DNA of 64,000 nt from Lama glama (GCA_028534125.1 CM052849.1:1674001-1738000), one strand, 5' to 3'; positions 22,601 to 37,600 are shown, counted from the stretch's first letter. Translations and numbers: made by a program. Notes: generated by a model not told the origin, from the sequence alone.

Positions 22601-25600
22601 GGTGAAGTTCTTGCCGTCCAGGTACTGTGCATTTCACAAACCTCCAGCCTCCATCACCCGTAATGTCTCTCATTCCGTGGCCACCCCCGTTCTGTGTGCC
22701 TCCTCTGTCTTCCCATGACATCGGTGCAAACGGCCGGGCACAGGGCTCTGTGGACCGGGATCTTGGATTTTCTTGCTGCTGCTGCCTCTGAATCCTCCTG
22801 AAGGCAGGAGCCACGACTTGTGCATCTTTCCGAGGATCCTGCGCTGCCTGGCCCTCGTGGGGCTGGAAGTGACTTGTTGCTGGGGGCCTGGGGCTGCTGC
22901 TTCTTGGGTGCAGACGCTGGGGCACCCCCACGGAAGGGCACCCCACTGCTGAGCTTCTCCAGGCTCAGTGAGATTCCCTCAGGTGATGGGCTCATCCCTT
23001 GGTTTCCCTGGTTCTCAGTGTTCCTCAGGGAAGGTGCCCAGAGGAGACGGGCCAGGTGTCCCGGAGCTGTGCGACTGTGCACTGTGCCTCTTCTGTGGTT
23101 CTTCACTTGCTTTTTGTCCTTGACCTCCGACCTCCATCAGCTGCTCCAGGGCCCATGGTTTCCGAGCCTTCCTGGGGTGGGCGGGAGGCAAGTTCTGGAC
23201 CTCTCCGTGCCCCGCCTTCCGCCCCCAGCTGAGTGCAGAGAGCAGTTCAGTTCTGCCATAGGTCAGCTTCTGCCTTCTGACATTTGATGGCATGTCTCCT
23301 GTTGGCTGGGCTTCTCCCATCCCTGTGTTTGTGCGTTTGTACCATTTTACTCTTTCACGGGTACTGGAGTGGGGTTTGGAAGATGTGGGCTCAGCGAGCA
23401 TCCTTACCTGTGTCCTCGGCTGGCATTTTGGCTTGTGACAGTGACAGCTGGTTTCAGTGACGATGTGTCCAAGTGGAGGAGGAGGAGGACCAGGGGCTTT
23501 AGGTGGGTTGTGAGTCTGTTTTGCTGCAGGATTAATGATTTTCCTGATTTGTTGCCTTTGTTTTTCTGTGGTGAAAGTGAGATGCTCAGAAGTGGAGTTG
23601 CTCTCAGAGAGCCGGGGACACAAGGCCCTCTGCTCAGCTCCTCAGGCCCCACCAGGAGCCGTTTCCCTTCGGAAGAGCTGCAGAAGGTGCCAGGAGGTGT
23701 AAGGGACCTTTCCCGTCTCCCACACTTGGGTCTTGCCCCTGGCCCCTGTGTGGAACGGTGTCCGCCTTCTTTTGTGTCTTTATTTCGACTGCTGGTTTCC
23801 TGTGTGATTTCCACTCAGCTGCTTTGGATGGTCAGGCAGGAGCCACACGACGCTGGCTCAGGGCAGTGCCTGGGGACAGGGGGTAGGCGAGATGTGCCCT
23901 GACTGTCCGTCTGCAGGGTCTGCTCCAGCAGGGTCCTGGGCAGCATGGGGAGAGGGGTGCTGGCCCAGAGAGGCTGCCCCAGGCCCAGGCTCTCTGAGGA
24001 CCCGTGGGGACCGCTCTGAAGGGCCCCGGGTGGCCCTGCACTCCACCCGCCCCCCTGCTTTCTCTTGCCTCACCAGGCCCCCCTCCCTTGGGTCTCAGGA
24101 TGTCTAGGGGACTCATCGGGTTGTGCCTTTGTTCCTGTTCTTGTCCTGCATCCTCGCATGGACGTCCCCCCGCGCAGCCTTCCTGACTGCTCTCCGGGTG
24201 GTACCCTGTGGACTCTGTCACAGGCTCTCTGTGGGGTTGGTCCCTGTTTGGGTTCTTTGTGTGTCTGCTTACTCTCTGTCCCTCCCACTAGGAGGTGAGC
24301 TGACTGGGCGGGTGCATATAATCACCTGTTGACGGAATGGGTGAAGGGGGCACAGGCCAGGCCAGGTCACCAGGGCCTGAGAGAGGCCCGGGTCCCGGAC
24401 CTGCTGCCCGTGTGTCATAGCCTCGTGCCTATCTCAGGTCTCCTTTCTCCTGGGAGGAGTTCAGGTGCTTGTGTCGGAATGTGAGTTTGGTGCGTTCCGC
24501 GCAGGTTAAGAAAGCTGGACCCTGAGGAGGAAGATGATCCCTTTAATAACTACGAAGTCCAGTCAGAAGCCAAACTGGAGAGCTTCCCGAGTGCTGGGCC
24601 TCACAGGCTGTCCTTTGACTCGGCCACGTTCATGGAAGCTGGTAAGAGTCGAGCTGTGGGAATTCTCCCTGCCGGTCTCCTGTAACACTCCAAGGGCTAT
24701 TCTGGGTGGGGGGTGGGTCGGGTTTTTTTTCAAGTGTGGTCCAGGGGCTGTCTGAGTTTGTCTTGGGCCTGAGCTCTGTGATCAGCTGGTAGGTCTGCTG
24801 AACCGTCCAGGCTGGCACCTGACCCTGCTGCCTGAAGGGCACGGGCTCTGCCGGTTGAACGTGTCTGACACGGCTGTTGCGTGTGGACGGGCCGCTGGGC
24901 GCTGGGCTCGGTGCTGTTGTGCGTGGTCTCACTCCGCACCTGTGCCCACCGTGGCCCCGGAGGTTGAGAGAGACTTGCTTACGGTGGTGTGGGCCGGAGT
25001 GGGAGGGAGCTGACCTCTTTCTGCCCCTGCCCTGGCCTGGAGGGGCCTTCAGTCAAATCAGGCTGTTTCTCTCCTCTGGGCAGAGAAGCAGGACGTGCAG
25101 GCCTTCCTGCTGGGGAACCTGACCAACGGGGGCGCCCTGGAGCTGATGATGCGCTACCTGAAGAGCATGGGCTCTCGTTTCTTGCTGCGGTGGCCGCCAG
25201 GCCTGGCGGAGGTGGTGCTCAGCACCTACCACAGCTGGAGGAGGCACAGCACCAGTCTGCCCAACCCTCTGCTCCGGGACTGCAGCAACCAGCACATCAA
25301 GGTTGGGGCCGGGGCCGTCGCGGACTGGGCACCCCAGTGGGTGTGATGCAGGGGCCATAGGGCTGGTTTGTGCCGAAAAAGATGCCTGGGGCGAGTGGAG
25401 GATGCGATGCAGTTGGGGTGAGAGTGGGGTGCAGGGCCCTCAGGAGGCTGCTGCTGCTGGAACCAAGGTGGTGGGTTGGGGAACTCTGGCGGGGAGGGCT
25501 TTGGGCTCCGACGGCTAGTGATGGGGTGGTCTGTGAGATGTGGGAGAGCAGCGAGAATCTGGAAAGAGTGCAGACTCGCTGTGATCCGGGTGCCGGGCCG

Positions 25601-28600
25601 TTATTGGTTTCCTAGTGGATACAGGACACCCCCTGCACATGCACTCGGCTGGCCAGGCCCCTGCACTCAGTGCCTCCTGGGGCCCAAGGGAACCGGATGC
25701 TGTGGCCCTTCTCCCATTGGAGGAGGAAAGCTGACTCCTAGGAGGCAGCCCTGGCAGCTTTCGGAGCCCCCAGGCAGTATTTCTGGCTGGGGGCACAAAA
25801 GGTGGGGGAGCTCAGGGTTGACATGTTCATAGGGCCATGTGGGTCAGTGCCCCTGGCCGTGTGGCCTCTGCTGGGACACCTCAGGGGCAGCGTTCTGGCA
25901 GCTTCTGCCCACCAGGCCTGCTCCCCTAGGGCAGTGCGAAGCAGCTAGAGGAGACAAGAGTTTGATTCTCAGACGAATCAGGCTGGTCATTTCCCAGCTG
26001 TGCCCACTTGGCCAGAGCAGCGTCTCCTTACTGCTGAGTCCCAGCTTCCTCCTGTGCCCCGGGAGCCACCTGACCCCTCTGGCACTTTTAAGGGTTGAGC
26101 GTTGTGGGTGGCAGGGCTGCCACTTCCATAGGGCAGCCCCTCAGGACTGAAGGTGGGTCGCCTGGCTCCTCGCACATCTGTCCCAGTGTCCGTCCACGAG
26201 CCTTTTATTACATCCTGGCAAGTAGCCACTGATCACTTATGAAGCAGAAAGTAGGTAGAGGGAAGATTGATGCTCTCATCAGAGTAAATTTTAGTTTAGG
26301 TTCATTCTACTCCTGACCCTTAACCCCTCTTTTTGACCCCTTCCTGACCCTCTGCTGCCTGTCTGGCAGGACATGATGCTGATGGCTCTCTCCTGCATGG
26401 AGCTGCAGCTGGACCAGTGGCTGCTGACCAAGGGTAGAAGCTCTGCAGGTAGGGGTGCCCTGTGTTCCGTGGTAGGGGTGACTGAACCCTTGGCAGCTGG
26501 GAGGAAGTAAGGCTGGGGAGGCTGAGTCATGATTCAGACTTACTTGTGTAGGGGGCACATTTCCTGGGTCAGCTTGTCAGGCCAGGAAAGATCCAGGGGC
26601 TCCGAGAGACCGTTGGATACTCGGGAAGCAGTTGGCAGCAGCTGAGCCCCAGGGGGAGCCATGTGCCTGCTCTGGTTACTCAGGACTGAAGGACGTGGGC
26701 TCGTTTTCTCCGGTTATCACCTGATGTGTCCTCAGGAATTGTTCTAGGTGATGTGGGTCATTCTGACTCAGACTATCACCTGCTGAACAGAGATGCTCCA
26801 CATCCAGCCTGCGGGACAAGGTCCTCCAACTCTCAGGGTCTCTGTCTGGCTCTGACACCTGCTGCTTGGGGTGCCCATTGGCACTGAGGCCGGTGTGACG
26901 AGGGCTTGGGGCGACCTCTGGGAGCAGAAGGGCATGTGGGCCCTGGATGTGAGGTTGACTCCAGGCCTGGTGGTTTTCAGTGTCTCCTCGGAACTGCCCC
27001 ACGGGTGCAGCAAGTGGCAGGTTTGGGCCTGACTTCCCAGGAGCCCACTTCCTGGGGGACCTCCTGCAGCTGTCGTTTGCCTCGTCCCAGCGGGACCTGT
27101 TTGAGGATGGCTGGCTGGAGTTCGTGGTCCGCGTGTATTGGCTGAAGGCTCGGTTCCTGGCACTGCAGGTTGGTGTGTGGTTGGCCTCCAGGAAGGACCC
27201 TGTCGGTGGGGAGAGAGCCGGGCGCATGGTTGGGGTGTGTGCATGCATGCGGCACTGCTGGGGCCTGGGCTTAGTTTAAGGAAGTGGATATGGTGGGGAA
27301 TCGGCACATCTTGGGAATCCTGGCACAACCGCAGCTCTGGAAGGGGTCTTGTATGCCCCTGTAGACCATACATTATGGCCTCTTTGTGTGTTTTCTTGGG
27401 AGCCTGAGTGCGCGCACAAGGAGGTGCAGTGCTCTCTGGATGGGAGTAGCCACCTGTCTGGGTGAATTCTCGGAGGGCTTCCTGGTGGAGCCTGTCTGCG
27501 GGCCGGTGCGGGCTGCCTGTCACCCAGCACTGTGCACTGGTGCCCAGGGCACTACAGGAGAATGAGGACACGGCCACACTTAGTCCTGGACTCGGGACTA
27601 CGTCTAGATTTGGGCCTGATCCTGGCTTTGCTACCTTCGCTTAAGGTCTCGAGCAGATTCCTGGCCTTGCTCTGGGTCTTGTGTCCTCACCTGCACCATG
27701 AGGTTAAAGACACGCCCCTCAGAGTGGTGTGAATCATCCACTCAGCTATTCATTCAACAGATGCTTACCGAGCCCCAGCTACATGCCCGCCCTTTTAGTG
27801 GGGAGAGCAGTGTTTGGCTGGAAGTGCCCTCATGGGGCCCGCAGTCTTGGGGGATGAGAAGGGCAGGCCGCAGGGCGGCGCAGTCAGTGCCCGTCCCCTG
27901 TGCAGGGAGACATGGAGCAGGCCCTGGAGAACTATGATGTCTGCACGGAGATGCTGCAGAGCTCCGCGGCTGTTCGTGCTGAGGCAGGCGCCGAGCCCAG
28001 AGACATCGTCATCCGCCTGCCGAACCTCCACAATGACTCGGTCGTGTCCCTGGAGGAGGTGAGTGGGCGTTTGTTTATTGCTGTCTTCTTGGTCAGAGGC
28101 CCACCCTGTCTGTGAGGACAAGGCGGGCAGCCCCCGTGGTGAGCAGGGCAGGCTGCAGGCCGGGAGAGGCAGCTCTGGCGCACGGGACACTATGGACTCG
28201 CAGGTGTGCCGCTGATGGGGGCTCGCCTGGGGGCAGGTCCCGGGAGCGGGGGTGTCTGCCGGCACAATTGAGAGTGTGGCTGCTCAGCTCTCCGGCTTGT
28301 GTGTGGCAGCGACCCCGCTGAGCTGGAGGCACCCAGCAGAAGCAAGCCAGTGCTGGTCCGGGCCTGGGGCTGGGTCAGGGGGCTGGGGTTCCAACCCTGC
28401 TCTCACTGCAGCCTCAGGCCCCATGCCCACAGGTCCATGTCTGTGATGCATCCACACTAGCCAAAGGTGGCCTTCAGACTCCTGCGGAGTGGTTTCAGGG
28501 CCAGGCCACATGCAGCACCCCTGCTGCTGATGTCCAGGGACTACAGTGGGCCTCCTGTGAGGAGAGGGTTCTGTGGTCAGTAGTGAGTGCCAGCCTCTGG

Positions 28601-31600
28601 CCAGGGCCTCGCCGGGTCTCTGGCAGCCTGATACACTGTGGTTCCAGGAGTCTGGTTGGCTGAGCTGTGACCACGAGGCTGCCCTACTGTTTTGGCAGAT
28701 ACTTTCTGGAACCTCTCTGCTTCTGAGGTTGTTTTGTTTTTTTGGTATGTCTATTCTTCAAAGACTTAAATGCCTTGACCTTAACAGAAATGGTTTTGGT
28801 AAAGTATTCATTGTCCTCCTTGTCTGGGTGTGATAAATGCAAAACCCCAGCCGCATTCAAGGAGCCTGTGAAGGGTTTGTCGTCAGGCAGCGATTCCGGG
28901 CCTTTTCCAGATTGACAAGAACCTGAGATCGCTGGAGCGATGCCAGTCCCTGGAGGAGACCCAGCGGCTTTACGAGGCTGGCGACCACAAGGCGGTTGTG
29001 CGCCTGCTCCGCCCCACCCTGTGCACCAGCGGGCTTGACCGGGCCAAACACCTAGAGTTCATGACGTCTGTTCCCGAGAGGCCGGCCCAGCTGCTGCTGC
29101 TGCAGGTGTGTGCTGCCCTGTGCCTTCAGCCGCCTGTCCTGTTTGCTCTGCACATGTTTATTCTCTGGAGAATTCTCCTTGAGAAGGTAACAGAGAGAAG
29201 TGGGAGTAAAAACCTGCTCCCTCGGCAGCCAGGAAGTTGTGGTGAGAAGGCGCTGGGAGAATGGAACCTAGAGGTCTGCCTGGCTTGGGGTGAGCCCGCG
29301 CTTGGCTCTGAACTTCTGCTCAGCAGAGGAGGAAGGAGAGCCAGCAGGGTACCAGCCATCCCATCCCCCCGTTTGTGTGTCTGCCTGTGTTCTCTTACTA
29401 CTGTCTAAATTAACTACCGAGTCCCTGTGAAAGTGGATAAAATACCCACACAGTGTAAAGACTGGAGAGAGGGTGCATAGCCACATAGGATGGCATGGTT
29501 GAAGAGAAAGGACAGCAGTGCCCTCTGGGCTCCCCCCACGCCTCTGTCCTGAGCTGGTGGGCACCTGCGTCTGCGGGGCGCTGGGCGGCCTCTCAGCCCT
29601 CTGCTGTGGGGATGGGCGTTGTCCTCACTTGGGGGCCGGCGTGGGGATTCTCTGAGTTAGCGGCTGTGAGCGTTGGGCCTGGGGCGCAGCAAACCAGGGG
29701 TGGGTGCCGGCTGTCACAAGGCCACTGGTGACCAGGCTTCCGTGTTCATCGGTGGTCGTTCTGCTTTTTAGCTCTCCTTGGCCTCACGTGCCAGGGTGGT
29801 ATCATGTCCTTGTCTTGTCTCTGACTTTCTGGCGGCCCAGCCCCGGGCCTGTTTTAGTCATGAGGGGTCGGCTCAGTCCTGTGCCTCCACATCTGTGCCC
29901 ATGGCTCCATCACACCTCAGTGGCCCCTCCCTGCTCGAGTGCTGATTCCCTAAAGAAACAGGTCCCGATATCTTGGCAGTTAGGGTGTCTAAATCTGGAG
30001 GTGGTTTTGATCTGCATTCAGATGCATTTCTGCCCCACACCTGTCTGTCACCTTAAGGGCGGTAGCTCTCGGCTGGGGTGAGATCAGAGCCTGATGGGGC
30101 TCCCAGAAGCGGCTCTGTGCGTTCACGGCCAGGCTGAGTCCCACTCACCAGCTGGCCTGGTGATAAAGGAGGCTCAGACTAGACCTGGAACAAAGGAAGG
30201 GGAGCGTGACAGAAGCAACGCTTGCAGGGGAGATTTGGAGGCAAGTGGGAGCAGGTGTGGGATCCAGAGGGCTGGGCCAGCTGCTCTGCGGAGCACTGTC
30301 TGCGGGCCTCCCTGACCTGGCATCCAGAGGCAGGGACTGATGGAGCCAAGGCCACCCTTCTGTGGCCATGCTCAGGCCCCCTCCACAGACAGCCCTTCCT
30401 GTGGAGACTCCCCCAGCCATGGTGCTGGAGCTGCGGTCGGTTGGTGGCGGCTCGGGGGAGGACCAACTAGATGGTGGGATCAGCTGCCCCTCGTGCCTTT
30501 GTCCCCAGCTCCCTGCCCACTCCCCGCCCCTTACAGCACCTTTCCCCACCCTCTCCCGCGTGCAGGACTCCCTGCTCCGGCTGGAGGACCACCAGCAGTG
30601 CTTCGAGTGCTCTGAAGTGGCTCTGAATGAGGCAGTCCAGCAGATGGTCAATGCCACTGAAGCGGCCGCCAAAGAGGAGTGGGTGGCCACAGTAACCCAG
30701 CTGCTGCGGGGAATTGAGCAGGCGCTCTCGGCAGACAGCAGTGGCGGCATCCTGGAGGAGGCGTCCTCCACTGCCGTCCTCACCCGGCTCACCAACAACC
30801 TCATCCAGGTAACCAGCCCCTTCCTGCCCTGCCGGCCCCTCCTTCACAGCGGGCACCCCCTTGGGGGTGTGGGTTTCCCTGGCTGCGGCAGCTGGGCCGG
30901 TTGTGCACTGATAGCAGACATGCCGGGGCCGCTCGTGTCTGGGGTTAGAGACGGGGCTGCACTTGGCACCGCAGGCATCACTGCTCTGCTGAGCCCAGGC
31001 TACCCTCGGGCCTCATTGCCCTTCCATGGAGGCACATTTCAAGAACTAGGGATGTGCTCCTCCCGCGCCTCCCCTGGCAGCCTCCCTCCAGGGTGTGGTC
31101 ACTGGAGACGCACTGACCACTGCTTCCGCCTCCTCCCTCACCCCCTACTTCCCAGGTGCCTCTCTGGGGTTGGGCCTGGCACAGCCGCTCACCTGGAAAC
31201 TTCTACCTGACCCTCCCCTGCTTGAAGCCCCACTGCGGCCCCTGTTTGCTTCCCTCACAGCAGCCAGGCTGATCCTAGCTCTCCTTCCTTGGGTTGTCAG
31301 CTCCCCTGTGCCCCATTCAGCAGTCAGCCTCGTGTCTGGTGCATCAGGAACTGCAGGCGGCATGAGGGAGGGCAGAGCCAGCTGTGGCTGTGGCGCTCTG
31401 GTCTATGGCGTGCCGGCATGCTGCTAGGTGCAGGGGCACCAGCCCTGCTGAGACACACCCCCCACCCCAGGTCATCGACTGCAGCATGGCTGTGCAGGAG
31501 GAGCCCAAGGAGCCCCATGTCTCCTCCGTGCTGCCCTGGATCATCCTGCACCGGGTCATCCGGCAGGAGGAGGATACTTTCCGCTCCCTGTGCCACCAGC

Positions 31601-34600
31601 AGCAGCTCCAGAACCCGGCTGACGAAGGTGCTGGGACGTGGGCCAGTGGGGGTGGCCCTCGGTGGGGTGGTCTTCAGCCTGAACATCCTGGACTTTTATC
31701 TCTGCCCCAGGGCCAGGTGCTGTGAGTGGGCCTGGGCTTGGTTGGCAGGATTTTTCGTGGCACTTGGATGGAGGCAGAGGCTCCCCAGGGAGCTCGCTGT
31801 ATAGCGCGGGGCGGGGCTGTGGCGTGTGATGTTTGTCTCGTCTGGTGCGGGTGGCAATGCGGAGGAAATGGCAGGTGGCAAGGGCCCATGAAGAGCGCCA
31901 TGCCTGCCACCTCCTTTGGTCCCCATGCAGCCCTGTAGCTCTCCTGCATGTGGGCCTTCAAGGCTGGGATGTGGCGGCTGGAGGGCAGGCTGGGCCGGCA
32001 GCGCAGGTTCCACTTCTGGGTGTGTGACCTCCAGCGTCGGCTCCCCACGTCCAGGCCGGGGTAGTGCTGCCCGGGGCCTGGGGAGCCTGGGGATGGCACT
32101 GGAGCGGGTCGGCGTGGTGGAAGAGACTACATGGAAACAGCAGCCAAACGGCACTGAGGCAGGGTGTCTATAATCCTACCGAAGGGAGCTTTCCCCTTTG
32201 GTGTTCTTGCATTTTCTACCTAAACTTGGCCAGTACACATGTACTTTTTATATAGCTGTGGTTATAATACTCGACTTACATATTTGTTCAGCCAGCTTAA
32301 AATTGAATTTATTGGGGATTTTTCCTCAGTGTTTGATAAGTCAGCAAAGCGGACAGGGAAGTCAGCTGTGTTCCAACGACCATGGAGTGAACTCGAGATT
32401 CCTTCCTCCCACTTGCTCCCGCTTCGTCCTTTACTCCCCTGAAAGTTACTGCTGCTCACTGCTTGTCAGGCCTCTGTGAGTGAGAGCCTCTGACCTGACA
32501 AGTTCACGTGGGGGAGGCAGACGGGACTGCCCAGGGTGCCCACAGCACCCACAGCATCCATGGCACCGTGCCATAGTGGCAGCGAGGGTGGGCGTTGGGC
32601 TTAGGCCTGATGGAGACCCGGGGAGCTGGGCAGGGACTCGAGGAGCTGGTCCGTGTGGGTTGAATGTAGAAGGAGCAAGACAGAGAGGCTCTCACACCCT
32701 TTTGTAAAGCTGTGTCCGCTTCATCCCGTGGTCTTCGTGGTGCTGACGAGAGGTGCCCTGGTCTGCTGAACCCCCTGCCGGACTGTCAAGACAGCTGCAT
32801 TGTTTCTCTCTTATGGGTCACTCAGTCGCCAGCACCTCACTGTACCCTTTTGTTTCTGCTGAATTGATTTATTTGATAAATTTTTAGAATGGATATCTTT
32901 AGAGCTCTTGACAAATGGTGCTGCCTGTGTGTTTTCTAAAAAGGTTTTAGTGGTGAGAAAAGAAAAATTAAGGTTTGCAGCTATAAATGTGTATTCTTTT
33001 TCTTATAAGAATGATACAAAAAGACTTCCAGATAAAGAGTCTCTTTTTCTCCCCAATTAATTGTGCAAACACAACACGGTTTTTTGAAAAAAACCTGTCA
33101 GTAAGCAAATAAGGGGAACAGTCAAATGCCGTGACTCTGGACGGCCAGGCCCAGGGACAGATCAGGGGTTCTGGCTGCTGGAGTGGTGCCTGTCCCTGCC
33201 TCCACCTCCAGGAGGAGAACCGAGGGAGGGTGGTGCGTTGACAGTCCTCTCCTCTGTAGAGCATGGCTGGTGCTATGGCCCCCGTGGCAGCGGCGGGGCT
33301 GCTGTTGGGTCCTGCGCCTTCTGGGGCAGATAGCACGGAGGGCACTTCTGGCCGGTGGTGAGGGGCTAGTGTGGGACGTTGTCACACACTGATTCTCTGG
33401 AGCAGACTCTGAGATGGGTCACTGGGGATCTGTGCTCGTGAGAGGATGCAGGGCGGACTGAGACCTGGGCTGTGGCCTGACTGTGCCTTGGCCACCTGGT
33501 GGGGGCTCTGCAGCAAGTGCCTGTCCAGGTCCCTGTGCCCTCCCATCACGCTCAGTGACTGGACGTGGCTCCCATGGGGGTCCACGAGTCTGGGAGCTGG
33601 AGCCTCTGCAGCCACAGCAGACCCTGAAGGAGCTGCCCCCAAGACTATCTGACCACACTCCTCTCCCCATGCAGCCACCCTACCTTTAAGGGGCTCTCAG
33701 GAGAGAACGAGACCTTGTGGCCCCGCAAGGACTGCCTGCAGCCCTGGTCAAGCGGTCTCCCTTCTGTTCTGCGGACACTGGCTGTGGAAGGTGACCGAGC
33801 CAGATGCCCACTTTAATAGTACAGCTGTAAGGAAAGGGCAGCTTGGCCTTCTTGATGGGAGAGCACCCTAGAAAATTCATTCCTGGTGATTGGGGCACGT
33901 CCCTGATCTGAGCAGCCGCCCTGGCTGACTTTGAGTGAGACAGAAAGAAGTGACCTGGCAGGTGTGCTTACCCCACGCCAAGTGGGGACAGAAAGGAAGG
34001 AAGGACATACCCTGCGAAAAATGGGCCATTTCGGCCTGGAAGAAAGCAGGTATCACGGAGTGGAGGCAGAGGCCCTGTGAATGGTGGGCACGAGGAAATC
34101 ACTTGTAAAGTTTTTAAGACGATAAACAGTGAAATGAAAAGGAAAACTGTAGAACTAAGGAAAACGCCGCAAACCATATCTGGCCATCGTACACTAACAA
34201 ATAGCAAGAAGCAGAGTGAATGTGACAGACTGAGGCGAGGAGTGTGGCTAAGAAGGTGACGGATGTGGAAAGCAGAGGTGGTCCAGGGTAACGGTGAACA
34301 GAGCCCTGGATCGCAAGGCCCCGGCAGTGAAGTGAGAGAAGCAACCAACCTGGCGTCTCTAAATTGTAGTAACAGCTGAATCCGCAGATTCAAAGTGCAG
34401 TATATACCAGGAAAAGTCGGTAACAACAATATGTCAAGATACCTCCTGGTTAAGGATCCATTTTAAGGATAAAGATTTTTTAGGTTTCTAAACTGAAAAA
34501 GCGATTTACTTTCACGGGACAAGGAGTGAGACTCATTTCAGATTTCTCCGTAGCAGTGTCCAGTGCAGCTGGGGTGATGTCCACTGTCTGCACAGCTCCC

Positions 34601-37600
34601 AGGGAAGGCGTGAGCCAAGGCAGCTGGCCAAGTAGTTTGTAATTACAGTGGGTTCCAGCTCCTCCGGGTGCTTCTTAGAAACATGGCTGGAGGGTGAAGT
34701 CAGTCAACCAACGTGAGTCAGAATGAAATTCCTCAGGACCGGAAAAGCCAGGGGAGAGAACTCTTCCATGAGCACCAAGTCCACGTGGAGTTGCGGTTGA
34801 GGGAAAGCAACTGGGCTCATGGCTGCAGGACAGAACCTTGAAGCACCGCAGGCAACATGCACAGCAAAACGGGGAGCTGGGGGAAGGACGTGTCACTGCT
34901 GTCACTGATCTTGTGTCATCGTTCTTGGTGCTGCTGAATATGGAAATGAACGTAGAAGACCCATGAAAACCCAGAATGGCTCAAGCTGAGTGATTTTCCG
35001 ACTTCTTTTTACCAGCGCTTTTCATGTCTCTTTGACGGAGACTAACCAAGAAAAAGTGAAAGAATCCTCCCTCGCTCTATGGGGCATGATTTCCTCTAGC
35101 ACGTTCTGCCTTAACGTACTCTATCCTGATACTCTTAGAAAGTGTTACTTACAAGACCACGAGGTTATGGCCTAGAGTTTCAAAAGCACCAAGGGATCTT
35201 TAGGGAATTAATGATAGTTCCAGTGGTGAATATTTAACTGAGATTTGGGAGTTCTTTTTTCTTCTATTATATTTAGATAGACCTAAACAAGAGTTTTTAA
35301 GTTAAGCAGTAATGTGTGTACTATGGGTTCCATCATTACAAATTACTTATCTTTCTGTTTCAAAGTGTCTCACCCACTCATAGAAGGATGCTTCCAGGGC
35401 TGTTCTCCATGTCCCAGCGTGGGTTATCTGGGGGCTGGAGCTTGGTGAGGAAGCAGTCCTTCTTTATACTTTGCTGTGTGATTTGAATTGTTTTTTGATA
35501 AGCACGTATTGCTTTAGTAGAGTCAGTCAAGTCATTACATATTTGAAATGAAAGGAAGATGAGAAAGGAAAGAAGGGGAAATCTCTGATCCCCATGGTAA
35601 GGACAAGAGAGGCTGAACCCTGCTGCTCCTGTACACACCCCACGCTAACCCATCTGTCCGTCTGGTCTCCCCACAGTGATGGCCGAGGCGCCCGTGCTCC
35701 CCTCCTCCCTCATGCTGCTCAACACAGCCCATGAGTACTTGGGCCGGAGGTCCTGGTGCTGCAATTCTGATGGGGCTCTGCTGCGCTTCTACGTAAGTGC
35801 TGCTGGGGCTCACCTGGCCTTCCCCTGCCACTGGGCCCTGCCCTTCTCTGACTGTTGCATGTTGGTGATAACTCACAGTTGCCAGAAAGTCTGAGCTTGG
35901 AGTCCCTGCGACCTGAGGCCCAGGATTCTGGACCTGGCCTTGAACTGCTGGTGGACGTAGACCCCCTGGCCCTCACTGAGTCTGTTGCCTTGTTAGTAAT
36001 TTTAGAGGTGGTGACTTCAGTCTCCTGCCGCCCGCTGGTCCGTTTGTCAGGCACCACCCTTCAGGCTGTAGTGGCTGCTCCATCAGCAGCGATTGCTCTC
36101 ATTCTCTCAGGAGATGCTTGGGGGGCGCAGGTGGGCTTCCTCTCACTTGCCCAGCTGACTCGAGATACAAGCAGCCCAATCCTTGTTCCCAGACTTTGCT
36201 GTTGAGTGAGAAGCTGGATGGCACACAGACCAGTTACAGGGCCAGAGGGGCACCCAGCCCAGCTCTGGTGCCTGGTCATAGATGGGTCAGTGGGACGGAG
36301 CCGTGCCCATTCCCCTGCATGTCAGCTCTAAAGCCATGTTTACTAAGATATTTGCTATCTGCACCTTTAAGAAAAGATTTGCTGACCTTTGCTTTGTACC
36401 TTCGTGGTGAGCACATGGCTCCTGTCCTCCTGATCCCCCTCCTCTGCCCCCTACTCTCCCTGGGCCCTCTTCTGGCCCCAGCGTGCCATTTTATTTGTTG
36501 TTGGTCTATCTCTTTGTCAGTGAAATGCAGCTTCCATGCAGGTGTGTTTTCTAGTTTTGTTCACTGAATGATCCAAGCACCTAGCATAGCACCCGGCACA
36601 TAGCAGGTGCTTAATAAGTGTGGGTTGAATGAGTGAATGGGACTGAGATTGTGTGTAGAGCTCATGTGTCGAGGGGCTTCACAATTTGCACAGCTCTGGT
36701 ATTGAGGACATGGAGTCTTGGCAGGGAGCCCTGGCTGGCTCAGGGCCCCGGAGCAGGTCAGTGTCCGAGGAGGGCAAGCTCCAGCTCCAGCTGTGGATGC
36801 TGGAGTGTCTGGCCCATCCTGTGAGCTCCAGGGGCCTCTGGGAGCTCCCCTGGGTTAGCTTGGAGTCCAGAACCAGTTTTGGAAGGATCATGCCAGGCAG
36901 AGTCTATGTTGTCCATCCTGCTGCCCAGGGATCTGCAGCTCCTTCTGCCGTCTCCCCTTCCACCCGCACAGGGTCTGTCTGTCCCGGTGCCCTGCCTGCC
37001 TGCACCCTGGTGCTGACCAGGACAAGCTGAGAGTGAGGCCAGGGCTCGGGGAGTGGCGCCTGGAGGGAAGGGGCGGTTACTGGATGGCCCTGCTCCCGGG
37101 TTTTCTCAGTTGGTGGCTTTTTTGGTAGACCGTGAAGTTTCTCTTACACACAGGTCCTTTGCTTATTGCCTTTCTTCGTTCTGGTGGGTTACGGATTTCT
37201 CGAGTTTCCTATGTAGACAGTCATATTGTCCATACATATGTCTTCCCTCCTTTTCAGTCTTTTTCCCCCTGTTGTCTTGGCCAGAAGTCAACAAAACTTC
37301 TTTTGTAAAGGGACAGAGGGTAAATTTTCCAGGCTTTCAGGCCACACGGTCTCTGTTGAAACCACTTCAAAGGTGTGCCCTTTGAAACACCAATGCAGCT
37401 GTAAACAGTGTATAAAGATTTAATGCGAAAGCTTGCGGGTGCTGAACCTTTCATATAATTCTCACGTGTTACAGAGCAGAACTCCTTTTAATTTTTAAAA
37501 ATAATTTAAAAATGTAAATGCCATTTTTAGCTCTCAGGCTGTACAGAAACAGGCAATACAGGGTTTGCCCCACGAGCTGTACAAGCTGTAGTTTGCACCC

